Shown here piece by piece: positions 26,134 to 34,559 of a stretch of DNA of 37,282 nucleotides (position 1 is its first letter; each line of letters opens with the position of its first letter). Origin of the DNA: Actinobacteria bacterium 13_1_20CM_4_69_9. Its GTDB lineage: Bacteria > Actinomycetota > Thermoleophilia > Gaiellales > Gaiellaceae. The stretch covers positions 1 through 37,282 of the forward strand of contig MNJC01000092.1 in the NCBI GenBank assembly GCA_001920085.1, given 5' to 3'. Made by a program: the position numbers and the translations under genes. The notes beneath the pieces were generated by a model, which saw only the letters and a program-made list of their open reading frames with translations, was not told where the DNA came from and ran no database searches.

Positions 26134-26807
26134 TCCCAGCGGACGTCAGCGACGTCCGGCACGTCTGCGACACGTGCCACGAGGTGCGGAGCGGTCAGGC
26201 TCTGCGGCAGGGCAACGTCCAGCTCGAGCCGGCGGCGGTCGCCATCCTGTCCGACGGTGATCGACGAGATCCGCACGCCGGTGCGCACGACTTCGTCGAT
26301 CACCCCGCCCGGCGGCGTTCCGGCAGGAAGCTCCACGAGCAGACGGCCGGCGTCCGGGCGGAAGCGGCGCAGCATGTTGTAGGCGGCCACCCGGAGCGGC
26401 CACAGCGCGATCAGCACCACAGCGGTCGTGATCACGGCCCCGCTGTAGTAGCCCGCGCCCGCAGCGAGACCGACCGCACCGACGACCCACAGCGTCGCGG
26501 CCGTCGTGAGCCCGCGCACGGAGAAACCCTGGCGGATGATCGCGCCGGCGCCGAGGAAACCGATCCCGGTCACGATCTGCGCGGCGACGCGCGTCGGATC
26601 CACGTTCGCCGAGTCGAACCCGTACGCCCCCGCGATCGTGAACAGTGCCGCGCCGACCGCGACGAGCAAGTGCGTCCGCAGTCCCGCCTCCCGCTCGCGC
26701 AACTCGCGCTCGAGCCCGATCGAGCCGCCCAGGACGCCCGCGAGCGCGATCCGGAGCAGGGCCTCGTCCCAGCTCAGGCTCAGCGAGCTAGACGCGAGCT
26801 GCTGCAA
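26130..26807 (-). CDS. MgtC/SapB family membrane protein
   Basis: ORF 26130-26807 has a TTG start. …LAGVLGGSIGLERE… is followed by TM segments and a C-terminal soluble ACT-like part. The start is approximate and overlaps the rph 3' end by 20 nt. Confidence 0.75.
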   Translation of the reverse strand: MQQLASSSLSLSWDEALLRIALAGVLGGSIGLERELREREAGLRTHLLVAVGAALFTIAGAYGFDSANVDPTRVAAQIVTGIGFLGAGAIIRQGFSVRGLTTAATLWVVGAVGLAAGAGYYSGAVITTAVVLIALWPLRVAAYNMLRRFRPDAGRLLVELPAGTPPGGVIDEVVRTGVRISSITVGQDGDRRRLELDVALPQSLTAPHLVARVADVPDVADVRWD

Positions 26808-27501
26808 CGGCTTCGTCCTGTGCGGCGACGAGCTGTTCGATGCCGCCGGCCGCGAGCTCGAGCAACTCGTCGAGGCTCGTGCGGGTGAACGGCGTCCGCT
26901 CCGCGGTCGCCTGCACCTCGACGAGCGCGGCGTCGCCGGTCATCACGACGTTCATGTCGACCTCGGCCGTCGAGTCCTCGGAATAGTCGAGGTCGAGCAG
27001 CGGCGTGCCGTCGACGATGCCGACCGAGACCGCGGCTATCGAGCCGGTCAGTGCTTTCGAGAGCCCGAAACGGTCGAGCGCGCGCCGCGCCGCGACATAG
27101 GCGCCGGAGATCGCCGCGCAGCGCGTGCCGCCGTCGGCCTGGAGCACGTCACAGTCGACCCACAGCGTGCGCTCGCCCAGCGCGCCGAAGTCCGTCACCG
27201 CGCGGATCGAGCGGCCGATCAGCCGCTGGATCTCGACCGTCCGCCCTCCCTGCTTCCCGCGCGACGCCTCGCGCTCGGTGCGGTCGCCGGTCGAGGCGGG
27301 CAGCAACGAGTACTCCGCCGTCAGCCAGCCGCGCCCCTTGCCGTACAGCCACCGCGGAATACCCTCCTGGATGGACGCGGTGCACAGCACCTTCGTCTTC
27401 CCCTGGCTGAACAGCACGGATCCATGCGGCTGCTCGAGGTAGTCCGGCAGCAGCTCGAGCGGCCGCAGCTCGTCCGGGCGGCGCCCGTCGTTGCGGGTCA
27501 C
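26788..27501 (-). CDS. rph: Ribonuclease PH
   Basis: ORF 26788-27501 has a GTG start in a GTGA overlap with the murI stop. RNDGRRPDELRP…GWLTAEYSLLP…ADGGTR are present. Confidence 0.93.
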   Translation of the reverse strand: MTRNDGRRPDELRPLELLPDYLEQPHGSVLFSQGKTKVLCTASIQEGIPRWLYGKGRGWLTAEYSLLPASTGDRTEREASRGKQGGRTVEIQRLIGRSIRAVTDFGALGERTLWVDCDVLQADGGTRCAAISGAYVAARRALDRFGLSKALTGSIAAVSVGIVDGTPLLDLDYSEDSTAEVDMNVVMTGDAALVEVQATAERTPFTRTSLDELLELAAGGIEQLVAAQDEAVAAARV

Positions 27502-28313
27502 GCGGCCGCCAGCGCCGCGACCTCGACGTGCTCGACGTCCGCGATCGGCAGCTGCAGGAAGCGCGCGCCCATCTCGCGGAATGCGTCAGGGTCGCCGGTG
27601 GTGAGGAAGCGGTACCTGCCTTCGCGGGCCGGGTCGTTCTCGTAGCCCTTGCGCGCGAGCGTCTGCGCGACCTCCTGTGCGGTCTCCTCCGCGGAGAAGA
27701 CGAGCGTGACGTCGCGGCCGAACACGCGCTGGAAGATCGGGCGGATCAGCGGATAGTGCGTGCAGCCGAGGATGACCGTGTCGACGCCGGCTTCCTTGAG
27801 GGGCGCGGCGTACTCGCGGACCGCGTCGGTCGTCTTGGCGCCGAAGGGATCGTCGCTCTCGATCAACGGGACCAGGCGCGGACACGCAACGGGCAGGAAG
27901 TCGACGCCGGCGTCGAGAGCGTGCACGAGCTCGCGGTAGCGGCCGGCCTCGACGGTTCCCTCCGTCGCGAGCAGCCCGATGCGGCGGTTACGCGTCGCCT
28001 GCACCGCCGCGTGCGCCTCGGGCGTGATCACGCCGACGACGGGGACGTCGAGCTGCTCCTGCAGCTGCGGGAGGGCGGCCGACGTCGCGGTGTTGCACGC
28101 ATTGACGACGAGCTTCACGCCCTGCTCCTGCAGGTAGCTCGCGATCTCGCGCGCGAAGCGGCGCACCTCGGCGAGCGGCCGTGGGCCGTACGGGAGGCGC
28201 GCATGGTCACCGAGGTACACGAAGTCCTCGTGCGGCATCGTCACCAGGCACTCGTGCAGGACGGTCAGGCCGCCCACGCCGGAGTCGAACACGCCCACAG
28301 GCCGCGAATCCAT
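27498..28313 (-). CDS. murI: Glutamate racemase
   Basis: ORF 27498-28313. VGVFDSGVGGLTV, NACNTAT (Cys 1) and GCTHYP (Cys 2) are present. Confidence 0.93.
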   Translation of the reverse strand: MDSRPVGVFDSGVGGLTVLHECLVTMPHEDFVYLGDHARLPYGPRPLAEVRRFAREIASYLQEQGVKLVVNACNTATSAALPQLQEQLDVPVVGVITPEAHAAVQATRNRRIGLLATEGTVEAGRYRELVHALDAGVDFLPVACPRLVPLIESDDPFGAKTTDAVREYAAPLKEAGVDTVILGCTHYPLIRPIFQRVFGRDVTLVFSAEETAQEVAQTLARKGYENDPAREGRYRFLTTGDPDAFREMGARFLQLPIADVEHVEVAALAAA

Positions 28314-28321
28314 GCCCGGCG

Positions 28322-28352
28322 ATGCTGTCGCCGCGACGGGCAGCGATAGGGT
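28322..28352. promoter_or_regulatory. Back-to-back divergent -10-like hexamers (murI operon / secreted hydrolase)
   Basis: On the minus strand, CAGCAT (28327-28322) is followed by 8 nt and then ATG 28313. On the plus strand, TAGGGT (28347-28352) is followed by 7 nt and then GTG 28360. Confidence 0.45.
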
Positions 28353-28359
28353 TGAGGCC

Positions 28360-29799
28360 GTGCGCCGTCTCCTCCCCCTGGTCGCGGCCGCATTCTTCTT
28401 GCTGCCTGCGGGTCACGCTGCGGCCGCGGATTTCACCAAGATCGACACGCGGGTGACGATGAGCGACGGCGTCCAGATCGCCGTCAGCTACTTCCAGCCC
28501 GCGGGCACGCCGCCGGCGGCAGGCTGGCCGGCGGTCGTGCTCCTCCACGGTCTCGGGCAGACGCGCAACTCCTCCGACTTCGTCAACTGGTCGCCGAACA
28601 CGATGGCCGCGCAGTATCTGGCGCCCGAGGGCTACGCCGCGCTCACCTTCGACGCGCGGGCTCACGGGCAATCGGGCGGCCAGTTCACGCTCGACGGGCC
28701 GCGTGAGCTCGCCGACCTGCGTGAGCTGCTCACGTGGCTGACGACGAACCATCCGATCGATGCGCAACACATCGGGGCCTACGGCGCGTCGTACGGCGGC
28801 GGGCTCGTCTGGAAGGCGGCGGTGGACGGCTTCCCGTTCGCGGCGATCGCGCCGACCGCGACGTGGACGGACCTCCAGGAAGCGCTCGCGCCCCAGGCGC
28901 TCGTGCGGGCCGGCATCGTGTTCGCCTTCTCGCAGGACATTCCGCAGGATCGCTACGGGCCCGACGAACGGCAATTGCTGTCGGATGCGATCGCCGAGCG
29001 CAACGTTCCGGCGCTCCGGGCGTACCTCGCGTCACGCTCCACGCGCCCGCAGCTCGGGACGGTCCGGATCCCGACGTTCGTGCTGCAGGGCCGCCGCGAC
29101 TTCGCCTTCGACGCGAACCAGGCGATCGCCGCGTACGCGCGCGTGCGCGGGCCGAAGCGGCTGTACATCGGTGACTTCGGACACACGCCCGCTCCCAATC
29201 CGCCCGACGAGTTCAACTACGCCGCGCTCGAGCTGCGGGCGTGGTTCGACCGGTTCCTGAAAGGGATGCCGAACGGCATCGACAAGCGTCCGCCCGTGGA
29301 GCTCGCGCCCGATCCCTGGCGGCGCCCGACGGCGTTCAAGGCGCTGCCGAAGGCGCGGACGCTGAAGTTCTCGTTCGCTGGCCGGAATGCCCTCTCTGCC
29401 GACGGCAAGGTCGTGCGCACGACGAAGCGCGTGAAGCACATCGAGACGTTCGGCTCGCCCGTCGTGGGCGTCCAGCTCTCGTCCGGCCCGAGCGGCTACA
29501 AGCATCTCGTCGCCGTCCTCAGCGCACTCACGCCGGCCGGAAAGGAGCTCGTCGTCGCCGACGGCGGGGCCGACACGTCCACCGCGACGAATCGGGCCGG
29601 GAGAGGGACCATCAGGCTGCAGAACGAGGTCACGTCGATCCCGGGCGGATCGCGCCTTCGAGTGACGCTCGGCGCACGCTCGACGGTGCAGAGCGTCGCG
29701 AATCTCGTGTACCTCATCCCCGTGCCCGACGGTTCTACCGCGGCCTTGCGCGGCGTCACGCTGGCGCTTCCGGTGCTGCGGAAGCCGGTCTCCCGTTGA
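28360..29799 (+). CDS. Secreted alpha/beta hydrolase, CocE/NonD (X-Pro dipeptidyl-peptidase S15)-like
   Basis: The start is GTG 28360 within ORF 28312-29799 and gives the signal peptide MRRLLPLVAAAFFLLPAGHAAAA. A TAGGGT hexamer lies 7 nt upstream. VVLLHGLG and the nucleophile elbow GASYGG are present, with a beta-rich C-terminal domain. Confidence 0.7.
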   Translation: MRRLLPLVAAAFFLLPAGHAAAADFTKIDTRVTMSDGVQIAVSYFQPAGTPPAAGWPAVVLLHGLGQTRNSSDFVNWSPNTMAAQYLAPEGYAALTFDARAHGQSGGQFTLDGPRELADLRELLTWLTTNHPIDAQHIGAYGASYGGGLVWKAAVDGFPFAAIAPTATWTDLQEALAPQALVRAGIVFAFSQDIPQDRYGPDERQLLSDAIAERNVPALRAYLASRSTRPQLGTVRIPTFVLQGRRDFAFDANQAIAAYARVRGPKRLYIGDFGHTPAPNPPDEFNYAALELRAWFDRFLKGMPNGIDKRPPVELAPDPWRRPTAFKALPKARTLKFSFAGRNALSADGKVVRTTKRVKHIETFGSPVVGVQLSSGPSGYKHLVAVLSALTPAGKELVVADGGADTSTATNRAGRGTIRLQNEVTSIPGGSRLRVTLGARSTVQSVANLVYLIPVPDGSTAALRGVTLALPVLRKPVSR

Positions 29800-30968
29800 T
29801 CGCGCCCGTCGTGGCAGCCGCGCTCGCGCTCGCGACGCCCGGAGTCACGCCGACGCAGATCACGCTCGGCGGCACGGTGCCGTTGAGCGGCCCCGCGTCG
29901 GCCTATGCGTCGGTCGGACGCGGCGCCGACGCGTACTTCAGGTACGTCGACTCGAAAGGCGGCGTCTTCGGGCGGAAGATCGTGTTCAAGTACGAGGACG
30001 ACCAGTTCGAGGTCCCGAACACCATCCTGCTCACGCGGCAGCTCGTGGAGCAGGACAACGTCCTCGCCATCTTCGACAGCGTCGGCACCGAGCACGCGCT
30101 CGCGGTACGCCCGTACCTCAACGACCGGAAGGTCCCGCAGCTCTTCGTCGGCAGCGGCGTCTCGAAGCTCGCGACGGAGCACAAGAAGTACCCGTGGTCG
30201 ATGGGCTACCTGCCGAGCTTCGCAGGCGAGGGTTCGATCTACGGGCGCTACATCGCCGCGCACCAGCCGAGCGCGCACATCGCAGTTCTCTACGAGAACT
30301 CGGACTTCGGCAAGGACATGCTCAACGGCCTGCGCCGAGGGCTCGGCGGCAAGGCGAAGATCGTCGCGACGCAGCCATACGAGATCGAGGACGCGAACGT
30401 CGACTCGCAGCTGGCCCGCCTGAAGAGCTCCGGCGCCGACACGCTGATGCTGTTTGCGACGCCGAAGTTCGCCATCTTCGGCTACGTCGGCTCGTTCCGG
30501 CTGGGCTGGCACCCGCACTTCTACGTCACGTCGGTGTCGATCTCGCCGGACATCATGAAGATCGCAAAGTTCGGTTCCAGCCAGAAGCAGGTCGACGGCT
30601 CCGTGTCGATCGCGTTCGTCAAGGACCCGACGGCCGCCGCGTGGGCGAAGGACAGGACCGTGCGGCTGTACAAGACGATCGCCAAGCGCTACCTGCCGGG
30701 CGCGAAGCCGGACGACGTCTTCAACTACTACGGGATGGCTGTCGCCTACACAATGGTGGACACGCTCAAGAAGGCCGGCCGCAACCTCACGCGCGAGAGC
30801 GTGCTCCGCACGGCGACGCACCTCGACGAGACGAACCCATTCCTGTTGCCGGGCGTCCGCATCCGCACGACGCCGAACGACTACTACCCGATGGACAAGG
30901 TGAAGCTGGCGCGGTATCGCGGCACGCACTGGCAGTTCTTCGGGAAGCTGGTCTCCGCGCGCGGTTAA
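29796..30968 (+). CDS. ABC transporter substrate-binding protein (LivJ / Peripla_BP_6-like, branched-chain amino-acid type)
   Basis: The start is TTG 29796 within ORF 29241-30968, in a TTGA overlap with the upstream stop. A short signal-like N-terminus is followed by …ITLGGTVPLSGPASAYA…, typical of the family. No permease or ATPase genes are adjacent. Confidence 0.75.
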   Translation: MIAPVVAAALALATPGVTPTQITLGGTVPLSGPASAYASVGRGADAYFRYVDSKGGVFGRKIVFKYEDDQFEVPNTILLTRQLVEQDNVLAIFDSVGTEHALAVRPYLNDRKVPQLFVGSGVSKLATEHKKYPWSMGYLPSFAGEGSIYGRYIAAHQPSAHIAVLYENSDFGKDMLNGLRRGLGGKAKIVATQPYEIEDANVDSQLARLKSSGADTLMLFATPKFAIFGYVGSFRLGWHPHFYVTSVSISPDIMKIAKFGSSQKQVDGSVSIAFVKDPTAAAWAKDRTVRLYKTIAKRYLPGAKPDDVFNYYGMAVAYTMVDTLKKAGRNLTRESVLRTATHLDETNPFLLPGVRIRTTPNDYYPMDKVKLARYRGTHWQFFGKLVSARG

Positions 30969-31041
30969 CTACAACCTCTGAGGGAATCCCGCGTCTAAGG
31001 GGAAGGGTCTTTTCTGATTTCTAAGTAGGAAAGGAAGGGGT

Positions 31042-32055
31042 ATGAGACGAGTTCTCAAGCTGGCCGTGCTCGCGGGTGCCGCCGTGACCGCGCTTGCCTT
31101 CGCGGGCAACGCCCTGGCGGTGCAGAAGCTGAGCGTGTCGCAGAGCGCGACCTCGCTGACGATCAAGGTCACCCAGGCACAGACAGACCAGCAGCCGGCC
31201 AAGATCACGATCTACGTGCCGACCGGCTACAGCATCAATTCGTCCGCGGCTCCCGGGACGACGATCGGTACGACCAGCGGGTCAGTCTTCGCACGCGACG
31301 CCAACATCCCGCTGCCGCTATCCGGCAACGTCGTCGTCGCGCCGCCGGACACGAACGCGCCGGGCTGTGCGACCGGCACGCATCTCGCGGTCTGGAATCT
31401 CGCGCTCTCGGTCGCCGGGCAGAACATCAACCTGCCGGTCCACGTCGACCCGACCTCGGGCGCGGAGGCGGCCCTCGGCGCCTACAAGCTGGTCGTCTGC
31501 CTCTCCCCCGCGGACGTCCCGCAGGGAACGCCCGGGCGATCGCCCAACGGCGCTCAGTTGCTGGAGGCGAACTTCACGGTGAACAACGTGTTCCAGGTGC
31601 CGGCAGCGCTGAGCGTCTGGAAGGCGATCACGACGCCGTATGCGCCGAGCACGGGCGTGCCGAATGCGGCCGGGACGGTCGAGACGCGCGCGCTTGCGTC
31701 CTCCGGGACGGTCACCCTCAGCGCCCGCGTGACGAACAAGAAGAAGCGCACGGTGCGCATCTCCGGGAAGCTGTCGCAGGGTGGTGCGGCTGTCGCCGGC
31801 TCGCAGGTGCGGCTGCTCCTGAACGGCGCCGCGTCGAGGTTCACGGCGCGTACGTCGGCGGCGGGCAACTACTCGCTCGTCCTGCGCAAGACGGGCAAGA
31901 AGTCGACGACGACGTTCCAGGCACGCACAACGGTCGCGGAGCGCGACGTCACGAGCACGCTGTGTGCGACGCCGTCGCTGCCACCCATCCCGTGCGTGAG
32001 CGGGACGGCGTCGGGCTTCACCGCGGTCAGCAACCGCGTGCGGATCCGCCTCTAG
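31042..32055 (+). CDS. Secreted hypothetical protein with C-terminal carboxypeptidase-regulatory-like (CarboxypepD_reg) beta-sandwich
   Basis: ORF 31042-32055. The signal peptide is MRRVLKLAVLAGAAVTALAFAGNALA/VQ. GGAAVAGSQVRLLLNG…TSAAGNYSLVL resembles CarboxypepD_reg. It has its own purine-rich Shine-Dalgarno (GGAAAGGAAGGGG) and a downstream hairpin. Confidence 0.7.
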   Translation: MRRVLKLAVLAGAAVTALAFAGNALAVQKLSVSQSATSLTIKVTQAQTDQQPAKITIYVPTGYSINSSAAPGTTIGTTSGSVFARDANIPLPLSGNVVVAPPDTNAPGCATGTHLAVWNLALSVAGQNINLPVHVDPTSGAEAALGAYKLVVCLSPADVPQGTPGRSPNGAQLLEANFTVNNVFQVPAALSVWKAITTPYAPSTGVPNAAGTVETRALASSGTVTLSARVTNKKKRTVRISGKLSQGGAAVAGSQVRLLLNGAASRFTARTSAAGNYSLVLRKTGKKSTTTFQARTTVAERDVTSTLCATPSLPPIPCVSGTASGFTAVSNRVRIRL

Positions 32056-32069
32056 ATCGAAACGGCAGA

Positions 32070-32099
32070 GGGTCTGGCCCCCTGAGGGGGGTCAGACCC
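32070..32099 (+). terminator. Strong GC-rich hairpin downstream of the secreted hypothetical protein gene
   Basis: GGGTCTGGCCCCC-tgag-GGGGGTCAGACCC forms 13 pairs including one G-U, starting 15 nt after TAG 32053-32055. There is no U-tract. Confidence 0.55.
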
Positions 32100-32100
32100 C

Positions 32101-32106
32101 TATGCT
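32101..32106 (+). promoter_or_regulatory. -10-like hexamer for the leaderless DUF72 gene
   Basis: TATGCT is followed by 6 nt and then GTG 32113. It lies immediately after the hairpin at 32070-32099. Confidence 0.4.
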
Positions 32107-32112
32107 GAAACC

Positions 32113-33054
32113 GTGACGGAGATCCGCATCGGCACGTGCTCCTGGGCCGACGAAGCACTCTCCAAGCACTGGTATCCGAAGGGCCTCCCGGCCGGCGAAC
32201 GGCTCGCGCACTACGCGCAGCACTTCGACACCGTCGAGGTCGATTCCACGTACTACCGGCTGCCCGCCGAGGAGATGGTGCGGCGCTGGGCCGAGCGGAC
32301 CCCCGACGACTTCGTGATGCACGTGAAGGCGTTCGGGCTGATGACCCGCCATCCCGTCAAGCTCGAGGCGCTGCCCCCGGATCTGCGCGACGAGGCGCCG
32401 ACCGACGACAAAGGCAGGGTCGAGCGGCCCTCGCGCGAGTTTCGCGGGGAGGTCTTCCGGCGCTTCCTCGACGCGCTCGAGCCGTTGCGCTCCGAGGGCA
32501 AGCTCGGCGGCATCCTCTTTCAGTTCCCGTCGTATGTCGTCTACAAGGATCGCTCGCTCGACTACCTGCAGTGGGCGCGCGAGCAGCTCGGCGACGACGA
32601 GATGCTCGTCGAGTTCCGACACGTGAGCTGGCTGGACGACGAGCATCGCGACGAGACGCTGCGCTTCCTCGAGGAGCTCGGCGCGACGAACGTGATCGTC
32701 GACGCGCCCCGCATCGAGGGCGCGAAGAACGTCGCGCCGACGGTGCTCGCGCTCACGAGCCCGACCGCGTACGTCCGCTTCCACGGGCGCAACGCGGAGA
32801 CCTGGAACAAGCGGGGCGGCAGCGCGTCGGAGCGGTTCGACTACCTGTACTCCGAGGAAGAGCTGGAGGAGTGGGTGGCGCCTCTGCGCGAGTTGGCCGG
32901 TCAGGCCGAGCAGGCCTACGCGTTCTTCAACAACAACGCCACGAGCCCGGACGGCCACGGCGGGCGCATGGCGCAGGCCGCCGCGAACGCAAAGCAGCTG
33001 CAGCGCTTGCTCCAGGCGGCGAACGTCCCGGTGAGCGCAGGCGCGAAGAGCTGA
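32113..33054 (+). CDS. DUF72 (UPF0759/YecE-like) family protein
   Basis: ORF 32113-33054 has a GTG start. IRIGTCSWAD…YYRLP…FQFP…FNNN follows the DUF72 pattern. A TATGCT hexamer lies 6 nt upstream of the start. Confidence 0.8.
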   Translation: MTEIRIGTCSWADEALSKHWYPKGLPAGERLAHYAQHFDTVEVDSTYYRLPAEEMVRRWAERTPDDFVMHVKAFGLMTRHPVKLEALPPDLRDEAPTDDKGRVERPSREFRGEVFRRFLDALEPLRSEGKLGGILFQFPSYVVYKDRSLDYLQWAREQLGDDEMLVEFRHVSWLDDEHRDETLRFLEELGATNVIVDAPRIEGAKNVAPTVLALTSPTAYVRFHGRNAETWNKRGGSASERFDYLYSEEELEEWVAPLRELAGQAEQAYAFFNNNATSPDGHGGRMAQAAANAKQLQRLLQAANVPVSAGAKS

Positions 33055-33746
33055 TGGACGTTCTCGCGGTCATCCACGGAGAGAAGGTGCGCGCCGGCGT
33101 GTTCGGGGACGCCGTCGCTGCGCGCGGCCACCGGCTCGAGGAATGGAGCCTGGCGTGGGGGACGTCGCCGCCGCGACCGCTCGACGCGTACGGGGCCGTG
33201 TTGGTGTTCGGCGGTGCGATGCATGCGGACCAGGAGGGGCACCATCCGTGGTTGCGCGAGGAGAACCTCTTCCTGCAGCGGCTGCTCGACCTGCACAAGC
33301 CCGTGCTCGGCATCTGCCTCGGTGCGCAACTGCTCGCCAAGGCCGCGCATGCACACGTCGGCCCGGCGAAGGAGCCGGAGATCGGCTGGTACAGCGTCGA
33401 GCTGACGGACGATGCGCGCGACGATCCGGTGCTCGGGCGGCTCCCAGCGCGCTTCGACGCCTTCCAGTGGCACTACTACGTGCACGCGCTGCCGGCCGGT
33501 GCGATCGAGCTCGCGCGGAACGACCTGTGCACGCAGGCCTTCCGGCTGGGGGACAGCGCGTGGGGCGTGCAGTTCCATCCCGAGGTCACGCTCGGGCAGA
33601 TCGAGAGCTGGATGCAGGACGACGAACCGGTGCCGCCCGGCCTCCTCGACGAGACGCGCAAGCGCATCGACGGCTGGAACGAGCTGGGGCGATCGCTGTG
33701 CGACGCCTTCGTCGGCGCCGCCGAGCGAGTCGCCGCTCCTGCGTAG
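33054..33746 (+). CDS. Type 1 glutamine amidotransferase-like protein
   Basis: The start is ATG 33054 within ORF 32136-33746, in a TGATG overlap. GICLGAQLL carries the nucleophile Cys and QFHPE the His/Glu. Confidence 0.8.
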   Translation: MDVLAVIHGEKVRAGVFGDAVAARGHRLEEWSLAWGTSPPRPLDAYGAVLVFGGAMHADQEGHHPWLREENLFLQRLLDLHKPVLGICLGAQLLAKAAHAHVGPAKEPEIGWYSVELTDDARDDPVLGRLPARFDAFQWHYYVHALPAGAIELARNDLCTQAFRLGDSAWGVQFHPEVTLGQIESWMQDDEPVPPGLLDETRKRIDGWNELGRSLCDAFVGAAERVAAPA

Positions 33747-33753
33747 GAGCCAT

Positions 33754-33775
33754 GTCCCGGGACTGTCCCGGGACT
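33754..33775. terminator. Tandem palindrome GTCCCGGGACT x2 between the convergent amidotransferase and sulfurtransferase genes (candidate bidirectional terminator)
   Basis: GTCCCGGG-actgt-CCCGGGAC forms an 8-bp G/C-rich stem with a 5-nt loop. It fills almost the whole 27-nt gap and touches the sulfurtransferase stop codon. Confidence 0.5.
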
Positions 33776-34559
33776 AGGCCTTTTCGGACGGGAGCTCGTC
33801 GTGGCGCGACCATTCGTGCCACGAGCCGGCGTAGTTGCGTGCGCGATATCCGGCCGCGCGCAGCGCGAGCGTTGCCACGGCGGAGCGCGAGCCGGAATGG
33901 CAGTACGCGACGATCTCGTCCGCGTCTCCGATCCGCGCGCGGATGTGATCGCCCGGCAGCGGCACGCCGGACGCGGCGAAGAGATCCTCGACGTGCACGT
34001 GGCGCGCACCCGGGATGTGCCCCTGACGCGGATCGCACGGATACCCGCGCTTACCGCTGTACTCCTCCGTCGTGCGCACGTCGAGCAACACGAGCTTCGG
34101 GTCCTGGAGCCGGCTCGCGATCTCCTCGCGCGTCGGCACCGCGTCGAGGCTCGGCTCGAACGTCGTCTTCACCGGCTGGAGCTGCACCTGGCCGACCTCG
34201 GGATCGCCCGGCCATGCGGCAAGCCCGCCGAGCAGCACCGCGACGCGCGGGTGGCCGGCGAGCTCGGCCATCTGGGCCGCCGGCATCGCGCCGACGCCGT
34301 CGCCGCGGTCGTAGAGGACGAGCCGCTCTGCGCCCGTCACCCCGTGGCGCCGCAGCCGTAGCCCGACCTCGGATGCGAGCGGCTCGAGCACGGCCCGGTC
34401 GCTCATCGGCGGCGGCGACCCGAGCACGAGCGGCCTCGAGCCGGGGATGTGGCCGCGCGCGTGCGCGTTCGGCCCGCGCACGTCGCCGACCACGAGATCG
34501 TCGGCGCCCAACTCCCGCTGGAGCCACTCGACGTCGACGACTGCGGGCAGATCAGACAC
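33774..34559 (-). CDS. Sulfurtransferase (tandem rhodanese domains, thiosulfate/3-mercaptopyruvate type)
   Basis: ORF 33774-34559 has a GTG start. The active-site loop CHSGSRS lies in the C-terminal rhodanese domain. The start overlaps the upstream stop by 8 nt. Confidence 0.85.
   Translation of the reverse strand: MSDLPAVVDVEWLQRELGADDLVVGDVRGPNAHARGHIPGSRPLVLGSPPPMSDRAVLEPLASEVGLRLRRHGVTGAERLVLYDRGDGVGAMPAAQMAELAGHPRVAVLLGGLAAWPGDPEVGQVQLQPVKTTFEPSLDAVPTREEIASRLQDPKLVLLDVRTTEEYSGKRGYPCDPRQGHIPGARHVHVEDLFAASGVPLPGDHIRARIGDADEIVAYCHSGSRSAVATLALRAAGYRARNYAGSWHEWSRHDELPSEKA

Noticed and set aside
28312-28359. ATG 28312 as the start of the secreted hydrolase (a CATG overlap with murI)
   Set aside because: The 16 extra residues precede the signal peptide and have no hydrophobic character. 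GTG 28360 gives a clean signal peptide and has TAGGGT 7 nt upstream.
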